From positions 591 through 64,590 of the forward strand of contig DAOMFV010000012.1 in the NCBI GenBank assembly GCA_035430005.1: a stretch of 64,000 nucleotides of DNA, read 5' to 3'. Made by a program: the position numbers and the translations under genes. The stretch comes from Gemmatales bacterium (GTDB taxonomy: Bacteria > Planctomycetota > Planctomycetia > Gemmatales > HRBIN36). The stretch's first letter is position 1. Each line of letters begins with the position of its first letter. The notes under the pieces were generated by a model that worked only from the letters and a program-made list of their open reading frames with translations, did not search any database and had not been told where the DNA came from. Of this stretch, positions 55,274 to 64,000 are shown one piece after another.

Positions 55274-56122
55274 CTAGCTCAACTCACCCACCTTGAACCG
55301 CTTGAAGCTCACCACTTCCAGTTTGGTGGGGGCCAGCACGTCGGCGATGGTCTTGCTGTCGTCCTTGACGAACTTCTGTTCGACCAGCACGTTCTCGCTT
55401 GTCCAGGTCTTGACCTTGCCTTCGACGATCATCTGAATGACCTTCTCGGGTTTGCCGGTAGCCTTGGCCTGAGCTTCAGCGATCTCGCGTTCCTTGGCGA
55501 GCACTTCAGCGGGAATGTCGCCACGCAGGGCATACTTGGTCTGCGAAGCGGTGATGTGCATGCCCACTTCCTTGAGCAGGGCATCGTTCACATTGGTGGT
55601 CGCGCCCTTGAGCTGGAGCAGAGTACCGACCGTGCCATCGTGGTGGATGTACTGGCCAAACGGACCGCCGGTGAGGACAGCGAACCTGGCAATCTTCATG
55701 TTCTCACGGATGAGGCCGATCAACTCTTCGATGCGATCCTTGACCGTTCGCTTGCCATCGAAGCTGGCAGCGTTGAACTCATCGACGGAAGAAGGAACCT
55801 TGGCAGCCTTCACCAGCCACTCGGCAAGCTCGTTACCGAGCTTGATGAATCCATCAGCCTTCGTGACCGGCGCGCTTTCGCAGCGTAGTTCGACGATGGC
55901 AGCTTTGCTGTGATCGGGAGTGACATGGATGAAGACTCGCCCCTCGGCTGCTTCACGGTCGGCTTTGCCGGCAGCGATGTTGGCGTTGCGTTTGCGGAGT
56001 TCGTCCATCGCCTTCTGGAAGTCGCCGCCCGCTTCGGTGAGGGCCTTCTTGCATTCCATCATCGGGCGGTCGGTCATGTTACGCAGCCGCATCACGTCGG
56101 CGGCATTGATTGCAGTGCTCAT
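55274..56122 (-). CDS. tsf: elongation factor Ts
   Basis: The N-terminal UBA-like motif VMRLRNMTDRPMMECKKALTEAGGDFQKAMDELRK is typical of EF-Ts. It lies downstream of rpsB, as in the conserved operon. Confidence 0.92.
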   Translation of the reverse strand: MSTAINAADVMRLRNMTDRPMMECKKALTEAGGDFQKAMDELRKRNANIAAGKADREAAEGRVFIHVTPDHSKAAIVELRCESAPVTKADGFIKLGNELAEWLVKAAKVPSSVDEFNAASFDGKRTVKDRIEELIGLIRENMKIARFAVLTGGPFGQYIHHDGTVGTLLQLKGATTNVNDALLKEVGMHITASQTKYALRGDIPAEVLAKEREIAEAQAKATGKPEKVIQMIVEGKVKTWTSENVLVEQKFVKDDSKTIADVLAPTKLEVVSFKRFKVGELS

Positions 56123-56140
56123 GGGTCAGTCCTTCATAGA

Positions 56141-56303
56141 GGAGTCAGGAGCCAGGAGTCAGAATCAAGCAGAGACTGAGCTTGGGCTACCGAGTCCTGA
56201 TTATCGTTAGTCAGGTCAACGAAGTTATTAGTTGAGAAGCAGAAGTCAGTGAGCATGTTCGCCAGATTGTCTTATTCTGGCTACTGACTCCTGACTTCTG
56301 GCT
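56141..56303. repeat. imperfect inverted GAGTCAG/CTGACTC-rich arms in the rpsB-tsf spacer
   Basis: GGAGTCAGGAGCCAGGAGTCAGAAT (56141-56165) against ATTCTGGCTACTGACTCCTGACTTCTGGCTACT (about 56275-56303). Confidence 0.5.
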
Positions 56304-56304
56304 A

Positions 56305-57255
56305 CTATTCACCAGCGGGCTCGGCTGCAGGGGCTGCCGGCACTTCGGGCTTGTCGCTGGAAGGATCGGCTGGGGCGTTACGACCACGATCGCCACCTCG
56401 GCCGCCGCCACGATTATCGCTGCGACCGCCACGTCCACCACGATCTCCATCACGCCCGCCGCGATCACCGCCTCGACCGCCACCGCCTCCACGGCGATCA
56501 CCCTTGCCTCGGCCTCGCTCGCCACGTTCTTCACGTGGCTTCTCTTCGAGTTGCTTCAGCAGTTCGGGAGGAATCGCTGCCTTGCCTTCGATGACTGCCT
56601 GGGCCAGCTTGGACAGAATCAGCTCAATGGAACGGATGCTATCGTCGTTGCCGGGAATGGGAAGATCGACCATGTCAGGATCGCTGTCGGTATCAATCAG
56701 GGCCACCACGGTGACGCCCATCTTGCGGGCTTCCTTGACGGCAATGTGTTCCTTGTGCGGATCAATGATGATGAGCGCTTCCGGGATGCGGTTCATGTCG
56801 CGGATGCCGGAGAGATTGCGGTCGATCTTCTTTCGTTCACGGGTGATCGAGCTGATCATCTTCTTGGAGTAGGTGTTGATCTGGCCGGTCGTTTCAAGAG
56901 ATTCGAGGTGGGTCAATCGCTGGAGTCGGCTACGGATGGTACGGAAGTTGGTGAGTGTGCCACCCAACCAGCGTTCGCTCACGCAGGGCATGCCGCAGCG
57001 CTGAGCTTCCCGAACGACGATTTCCTTAGCCTGTCGCTTGGTGCCGACGAACATCACCAACTTGCCCTGGCTGACGATCTTGGTGACATACTTGTAGGCA
57101 CGCAGCAGACCACGCAGGGTTTCGCGGAGATCAATAATATGGATGAGATTTCGTTTGCCGTAGATATACGGCCGCATCTTAGGGTTCCAGCGACTGGATC
57201 GGTGTCCATAGTGTACGCCGGCATCGACTAGTTCTTTCACTTCGATCAGAGCCAC
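56305..57255 (-). CDS. rpsB: 30S ribosomal protein S2 with Arg/Gly-rich C-terminal extension
   Basis: [31 protein letters not shown] is the S2 signature. The C-terminal ~80 aa are RGG/RGD-rich ([49 protein letters not shown]). Confidence 0.92.
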   Translation of the reverse strand: MALIEVKELVDAGVHYGHRSSRWNPKMRPYIYGKRNLIHIIDLRETLRGLLRAYKYVTKIVSQGKLVMFVGTKRQAKEIVVREAQRCGMPCVSERWLGGTLTNFRTIRSRLQRLTHLESLETTGQINTYSKKMISSITRERKKIDRNLSGIRDMNRIPEALIIIDPHKEHIAVKEARKMGVTVVALIDTDSDPDMVDLPIPGNDDSIRSIELILSKLAQAVIEGKAAIPPELLKQLEEKPREERGERGRGKGDRRGGGGGRGGDRGGRDGDRGGRGGRSDNRGGGRGGDRGRNAPADPSSDKPEVPAAPAAEPAGE

Positions 57256-57406
57256 ACAATCCTCCAGGCCCTAGTGTAGGGCAGCTTGCAATCCCTGGTC
57301 ACGGCGGCCTAGACAAGGCCGATGCCGTTACGCGCCATGCACAACCACGGGTCTATTAATGTAGGGTTGAAAGGGGCCGCTGGACAGGGTATGGTAGCCA
57401 ACATCT

Positions 57407-59569
<2,163 letters not shown>

Positions 59570-59570
59570 C

Positions 59571-60800
59571 TTACCCCACATCCAACCCCTGCAACCTCGC
59601 CACCTCAAAGCAATCCTTATCACCACGCCCACTGAAGCAGACGACGACGATATTATCCTTGGGCAGCCTGGCGGCAATCTTCATGGCTTCCACGACACCA
59701 TGTGATGTTTCGAGAGCAGGGATGATTCCTTCCATTCTGCTGCAAAGCTGGAACCCTGCGAGGGCAGCATCGTCTTCGGTTTGGGTGTAGCTCACCCGTC
59801 CGAGCTCTTTCCAGTAGCTGTGTTCAGGGCCAACGCCGGGATAGTCCAAACCTGCGGAGACAGAGTGTACGTCAGCGGTCTGGCCATCTTCGTCTTGCAG
59901 AACATAACTGTAGGTGCCATGCAGCACGCCAGGTTTACCAAGGCTGAGGGTAGCGGCATGCTGGCCGGGTTGAATGCCCCGTCCCCCGGCTTCAACACCA
60001 ACGAGTTTGACACCGGTGTCATCCACAAAAGGATAGAACATGCCCGCCGCGTTGGAACCGCCGCCGACACAGGCGATGACGACATCGGGAAGTCTGCCCA
60101 GTTGATTCATGGACTGTTGCCTGGTTTCCCGACCGATGACGCTCTGGAAATCGCGGACGATAAGGGGGAAGGGGTGCGGGCCGACAACGGAACCCAGGAT
60201 GTAGTGTGTGGTTTCGACGGTGCCCATCCACTCGCGCATCGCTTCGTTGACCGCATCACGCAGCGTTCTGCTGCCGGTAGTCACTTCGAATACTTCCGCA
60301 CCAAGGGCACGCATCTTGAAGACGTTGAGCTTCTGCCGGCGGATATCCTCAGCACCCATGTAGACCCGGCAAGGCAGGCCAAAGAGGGCACAGGCGGTAG
60401 CAGTCGCCACGCCATGCTGGCCGGCACCCGTTTCTGCAATCACCCGGGGCTTGCCCATGCGTTTGGTGAGCAGTGCCTGGCCGATGGTGTTGTTGATCTT
60501 GTGGGCGCCGGTATGGAGCAGGTCTTCCCGCTTCAGAAAGATGCGAGCGCCACCGGCTTGTTTGGTCAAACGTTCAGCAAAGGTCAGTGGTGTGGGCCGT
60601 CCGACGTAGTTGTTGAGATACCCTGTCAATTCCTTTTGGAACGCGGGATCACTCCGGGCCTCTTCGTAGGCGGCGCTGAGTTGATCGAGGGCATGTATCA
60701 AGGTTTCGGGAACGTACCGGCCTCCGAACGAGCCGTAGCGGCCGGCTGCGTCGGGAACCTGGGAGCATTTACCGGGCAGGGGTGCAGTCATGGAGATCAA
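59571..60800 (-). CDS. trpB: tryptophan synthase beta chain
   Basis: PLP-lysine motif HTGAHKINN and the GGGSNAAG loop. Its stop codon is 1 nt from the convergent ligA stop. Confidence 0.92.
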   Translation of the reverse strand: MISMTAPLPGKCSQVPDAAGRYGSFGGRYVPETLIHALDQLSAAYEEARSDPAFQKELTGYLNNYVGRPTPLTFAERLTKQAGGARIFLKREDLLHTGAHKINNTIGQALLTKRMGKPRVIAETGAGQHGVATATACALFGLPCRVYMGAEDIRRQKLNVFKMRALGAEVFEVTTGSRTLRDAVNEAMREWMGTVETTHYILGSVVGPHPFPLIVRDFQSVIGRETRQQSMNQLGRLPDVVIACVGGGSNAAGMFYPFVDDTGVKLVGVEAGGRGIQPGQHAATLSLGKPGVLHGTYSYVLQDEDGQTADVHSVSAGLDYPGVGPEHSYWKELGRVSYTQTEDDAALAGFQLCSRMEGIIPALETSHGVVEAMKIAARLPKDNIVVVCFSGRGDKDCFEVARLQGLDVG

Positions 60801-60841
60801 TCAAAATAGGGAAGATGCCATCATTGTACAAAGCGAACTGG

Positions 60842-61252
60842 CTACGTTCTGTGTGGTTCATTGTCAAACTGTTCAGCAATACGAGTCAAAAGCGTTGCAG
60901 CCGGTTGAGCGTAGGCCTTGATCCACCGTTCGTAGACGTGCTGAACCGGAACGACGTTGAGATAGTGCAGCTTGCATCGGCCCTGCCTTTTGGTGATGAG
61001 CAGTTCAGCCTCTTCGAGCACCCGCAGGTGCAGCATCACGGTGCATCGATCAAGATCAGAGAGATGATCACAGAACTCGGTTGTCATCCGGGGCTGCTCC
61101 TGCACCAGGTCGAGCATCGCCCGGCGATCCCGGTTAGCGAGCGCCTTGAAGACAAGGTCTTCTTTCTTTCGCTCCTTCGCTGTTATACCTGATGAGTTGC
61201 CCATCGGTCGTTGCTTCACCGAATCTCCTCCTTGCTCTTTACCGGCAGTCAT
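60842..61252 (-). CDS. ArsR/SmtB-family transcriptional regulator
   Basis: Winged HTH: ALANRDRRAMLDLV...TTEFCDHLSDLDRCTVMLHLRVLEEAELL. Confidence 0.8.
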   Translation of the reverse strand: MTAGKEQGGDSVKQRPMGNSSGITAKERKKEDLVFKALANRDRRAMLDLVQEQPRMTTEFCDHLSDLDRCTVMLHLRVLEEAELLITKRQGRCKLHYLNVVPVQHVYERWIKAYAQPAATLLTRIAEQFDNEPHRT

Positions 61253-61253
61253 G

Positions 61254-61277
61254 ATATGTTATATTATTATAACGTAT
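61254..61277. promoter_or_regulatory. candidate ArsR-type operator (24-bp imperfect palindrome)
   Basis: ATATGTTATATTATTATAACGTAT has 20 of 24 positions self-complementary. It lies in the 50-bp divergent spacer between the ArsR-family and SRPBCC genes. Confidence 0.4.
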
Positions 61278-61302
61278 TGTCAAACCCCTCCGGGAGCCTT
61301 TC

Positions 61303-61791
61303 ATGTCGCCTCGCAATTACACCGTTCAGACCAAGATCAACAAGCCGGTGCGCATCGTCTTCGACGCCATCGTTCAGGCTGACCACATGTGCAAGTACTT
61401 CGTCGACAAGACCAGCGGCCCGCTGGTCGAAGGTAAGGTCATCACCTGGAATTGGGGCCAGTGGGGCGACTACCCTGTTACCGTCACCAGGCTGGTACCC
61501 CACAAACTCATCGAACTGGAAGCCAACAGCACTGCCTGGAAGAAGACGACCGGAGCGGGATACAGCGTCAAGATGCTCTTCGAGCTCGAACCGCTGAGCG
61601 ACACCAGCACATTGCTTACGATCAGCGAAGCGGGCTGGCTGCACGATGAGCCAGGCTACAAAGCCAGTCACGAAAACTGTGGCGGTTGGACGCATATGGC
61701 CCTCTGCCTGAAAGCGTACCTGGAATATGGTCTAGACCTTCGAGGACTATCCCCTGAGATTCCTAATCCAGCAACTCCAGTCGTCAGCTAA
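61303..61791 (+). CDS. SRPBCC/AHSA1-like domain protein
   Basis: INKPVRIVFDAIVQADHMCKYF..., and the common divergent pairing with an ArsR-family regulator. A GGGAG Shine-Dalgarno sequence lies 7 nt upstream. Confidence 0.7.
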   Translation: MSPRNYTVQTKINKPVRIVFDAIVQADHMCKYFVDKTSGPLVEGKVITWNWGQWGDYPVTVTRLVPHKLIELEANSTAWKKTTGAGYSVKMLFELEPLSDTSTLLTISEAGWLHDEPGYKASHENCGGWTHMALCLKAYLEYGLDLRGLSPEIPNPATPVVS

Positions 61792-61846
61792 TGCCAGATC
61801 GTTGGTGAGATGCTACGTTATAGGCATCTCACCAAGGAACCTACCA

Positions 61847-62548
61847 ATGGCAGCCGCCAGGAAAACGAAGAAAAAAACCAAACGCAAACCGAAGAAATCC
61901 ACTGTCCAAAAGAGCGCTGCTCGAAAGAAGCCGGCTCCTCGCAAGAAACCTTCCAAGCCAAGGCTACATTCGCTGGCTGTTCTCAAAAAGGAACTAACCC
62001 GTCATACGGATGCCATCTGCAAGGCTGCGCTCAACAAAGAATACCAAAGCATGTGCCGGATGATGGTGAAGGGATTCTGCATCGAGGAGTCGCCCGGTCG
62101 CAAAGGGGACATCAAAACCTGGGCTGCTGCCGTGGTGGGGGCAGTGGGGTATGTCAATGCACTGTTCAAGAAAGGCAGCGAACCGCATCTGACCAAAGCT
62201 CAGGTTGCCAAGAAGGCAGGGGTTCCGCTGGCGGAGTTCAACAAGCATCTCAAGATCATGATTAACGGATTTGACCTGATCGAGTACGATCCCGATTTCA
62301 CGCTGCCCAGCATGATCCCGATGAACCCGTTGATTGCAATGGCGACATCACCCACGCTGCTGAGCGAAGACGAGAACCAGATCACGATCTGCGATGCACA
62401 AGTCTGCTGCGGTGGAGAAAGCTGCTCCATGGAAGAATGCGCCGAAGGCGAGTGTTCCATGGAAGGATGCGAACGGGAGGACTGCTGTCAGAATCAGGCT
62501 GTGCCAACAGGCCGGGAGCAGGAACAACCAGCGGTGATGCCGGCGTAA
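61847..62548 (+). CDS. hypothetical protein: Lys-rich N-tail, conserved middle, Cys/Glu-rich C-tail
   Basis: It starts at ATG 61847 (MAAARKTKKKTKRKPKK...). The C-terminal ~35 aa contain nine Cys residues (CDAQVCCGGESCSMEECAEGECSMEGCEREDCC). Confidence 0.6.
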   Translation: MAAARKTKKKTKRKPKKSTVQKSAARKKPAPRKKPSKPRLHSLAVLKKELTRHTDAICKAALNKEYQSMCRMMVKGFCIEESPGRKGDIKTWAAAVVGAVGYVNALFKKGSEPHLTKAQVAKKAGVPLAEFNKHLKIMINGFDLIEYDPDFTLPSMIPMNPLIAMATSPTLLSEDENQITICDAQVCCGGESCSMEECAEGECSMEGCEREDCCQNQAVPTGREQEQPAVMPA

Positions 62549-62558
62549 ACGATGTAGA

Positions 62559-62598
62559 CAAGCAATAAGCCCTCGGAATTCCGAGGGCTTATTGCTTG
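62559..62598. terminator. bidirectional terminator, 40-bp perfect palindrome
   Basis: CAAGCAATAAGCCCTCGGAATTCCGAGGGCTTATTGCTTG lies between the convergent stops at 62548 (+) and 62621 (-). Confidence 0.8.
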
Positions 62599-62620
62599 CT
62601 GTAACACTTGTGAAGTCTAG

Positions 62621-63208
62621 TTACTTCTTATCAGCCTGGTTGATGACGAGCACCTTGATAGCGGTGTCGATTTCGGGGGCAAGACTGAGCTTCACTTCGT
62701 AGAGGCCCAGTTCCTTGATCACGCCTTCGAGCTTGACAGCTTCGACATCGACGACGAGGTTCTGCTGCTTGAGAGCGGCGACGATCTCAGCGGCGCTGAC
62801 GGAGCCATAGAGATGGCCTTCTTCGTTGGCGTTCGACTGGATGGTGACGCTGACGCGCTGGAGCTGCTCAGCCATGGCACGAAGATCAGCCAGCTTGGCT
62901 TCGCGAATCTTCTGCACCTTGATCTTGTGCAGTTCGAGGAGCTTAGTGTTGTGCGAGGTGACATAGGTTGCCAGGCCGCGGGGCATCAGGTAGTTGCGGC
63001 CATAGCCCATCTTGACCTCGACGACATCGCCGGCTTTGCCGACATGGGTGACGTCTTCGATCAGCATGATCTGCATGCCGCCATGCTTGCCGCGGGGCAC
63101 GTGATGATGCTTGACCTTCTTTTGAGGCAGTTTCTTCTTAGGCTCAGCCGCCTTAGCGGAGGCCTTGGACTTCTTTTCGGTCTTGGGTGCGGTTGCTGTT
63201 TTTGCCAT
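62621..63208 (-). CDS. rplI: 50S ribosomal protein L9 with Lys-rich N-terminal extension
   Basis: The core MQIMLIEDVTHVGKAGDVVEVKMGYGRNYLMPRGLA is canonical L9. It is preceded by 44 in-frame Lys/Ala-rich codons. An alternative start is ATG 63076. Confidence 0.85.
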   Translation of the reverse strand: MAKTATAPKTEKKSKASAKAAEPKKKLPQKKVKHHHVPRGKHGGMQIMLIEDVTHVGKAGDVVEVKMGYGRNYLMPRGLATYVTSHNTKLLELHKIKVQKIREAKLADLRAMAEQLQRVSVTIQSNANEEGHLYGSVSAAEIVAALKQQNLVVDVEAVKLEGVIKELGLYEVKLSLAPEIDTAIKVLVINQADKK

Positions 63209-63254
63209 GGCTCTTATCGGGGTTCAGTGTTTATGTTTCGGGGTTGTGTTTCAG

Positions 63255-63746
63255 TTAGAAAGGAATCTCGTCCTTGCCGCCCACGCTCTCATCGGGAGCA
63301 AAGTTCGGCGTGGAATCGGAACCTTCATCGGGATTCGGAGCATCGTAATGGTTGGAAGCAGGGGCCGAGCGGGCTCCGCCACCTGAACCACCTTCGCGGC
63401 TGTCGAGGAACTGCATGTATTCCCCCACCACCACGATCTTGCTTTTCTTCTGGCCATCCTGGCTGGTCCAGCTTTGCAGGGTCAGCTTGCCTTCGAGGAA
63501 GATCTGCTTGCCCTTGGCGAGGTACTGCTCAGCGGTGTCGGCCAGCTTGCCGAACTCGCCGCGGTTGAACAGTTCCACATCGAGGAAGCAGGGTTCATCT
63601 TCCCACTTGCCTGTCTGGGCGTTCTTCTTGCGGCTGCCGGTGACGGCAAAGCCAAACTTGGCCACTTTGCCGCCGTTGGAGAACGTGCGCATTTCGACAT
63701 CACGGGTCAAGCGACCGATCAACATCACCTTGTTCAAATTAGCCAT
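63255..63746 (-). CDS. ssb: single-stranded DNA-binding protein
   Basis: OB-fold N-terminus MANLNKVMLIGRLTRDVEMR, a Gly-rich linker and the acidic tip DEIPF. The start is placed at ATG 63746. Confidence 0.9.
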   Translation of the reverse strand: MANLNKVMLIGRLTRDVEMRTFSNGGKVAKFGFAVTGSRKKNAQTGKWEDEPCFLDVELFNRGEFGKLADTAEQYLAKGKQIFLEGKLTLQSWTSQDGQKKSKIVVVGEYMQFLDSREGGSGGGARSAPASNHYDAPNPDEGSDSTPNFAPDESVGGKDEIPF

Positions 63747-63896
63747 CTTCGTACTCCGACAATGACCGTGGGACTCTGAACTTAGCCTAAAGGGGATGTT
63801 GATAGTTCGCAAGCTGTACAGGCCGCGATTTTGTCAAACTCGCCGGGAAGAAAGCTCGGCCGGAACCTCGCCCTCCCAACCCGATCCTCGCCTTCA

Positions 63897-64000
63897 CTAG
63901 CGTCCGCCACCCATGGCCATGCCCATGATGTCTTCTTCAGCCAAACCCGGAGCATGCAGTGCCACGGCGGCATGTTCATCCTTGGCGATCGTGATCATCT
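63897..64000 (-). CDS. 3' end of a gene truncated by the window edge (Gly/Met-rich tail, GroEL-like?)
   Basis: The frame reads ...MITIAKDEHAAVALHAPGLAEEDIMGMAMGGGR-stop. The GM-rich terminus is reminiscent of chaperonin tails. Only 33 codons are visible. Confidence 0.25.
   Translation of the reverse strand, partial: MITIAKDEHAAVALHAPGLAEEDIMGMAMGGGR

Noticed and set aside
63782-63979. 65-aa minus-strand ORF upstream of ssb as a possible rpsF
   Set aside because: The sequence (MNMPPWHCMLRVW...) has no resemblance to S6. A different frame ending at 63897 looks more like a real gene end.

Overview
This is a GC-rich 64-kb chromosomal window. It most likely comes from a Planctomycetota genome. 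That is an inference from a PSCyt/DUF1592 + DUF1552 gene pair, an LEDRxxP-type secreted repeat protein, LpxI, ribosomal proteins with low-complexity extensions, and many hairpin-forming intergenic repeats. Everything here comes from reading the sequence and the ORF track by eye. No database search was run, so domain calls are motif recognition only.

Most of the window is housekeeping:
- Cofactor, sugar and amino-acid metabolism: moaA, tkt, trpB.
- Translation: rpmG, rpmE, rpsU, tsf, rpsB, rplI, and prfB with its programmed +1 frameshift.
- DNA metabolism: ligA, ssb, comEC.
- Envelope: lpxD, lpxI, lgt.
- Signalling and efflux: a Ser/Thr kinase, a sigma54 two-component pair next to an RND efflux operon, and MoxR.

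Two loci stand out:
1. A visibly AT-richer three-gene operon at 42.1-51.8 kb. It encodes two giant single-pass membrane proteins whose caspase-like (C14-fold) modules have lost the catalytic Cys. In one of them the catalytic His is lost too. One giant also carries a vWA/MIDAS domain. The third gene encodes a secreted beta-rich partner. I cannot assign a function.
2. A retron-type reverse transcriptase at 53.6-55.1 kb, wedged between tsf and lgt. Its motifs are Ec86-like (NAxxH, LPQGAPTSP, YTRYADDLTLS). Just upstream lies a 19-bp a1/a2-like inverted repeat enclosing about 167 nt, followed by an unpaired G in an AGC context. This is a candidate msr/msd ncRNA. No recognisable effector gene is adjacent.

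A smaller low-GC patch at 23.7-28.5 kb carries a HARE-HTH/GIY-YIG nuclease and other accessory genes.

At least four families of palindromic repeats and several singleton hairpin modules punctuate the intergenic regions.

I recognised no rRNA, tRNA, CRISPR array, transposase or integrase.
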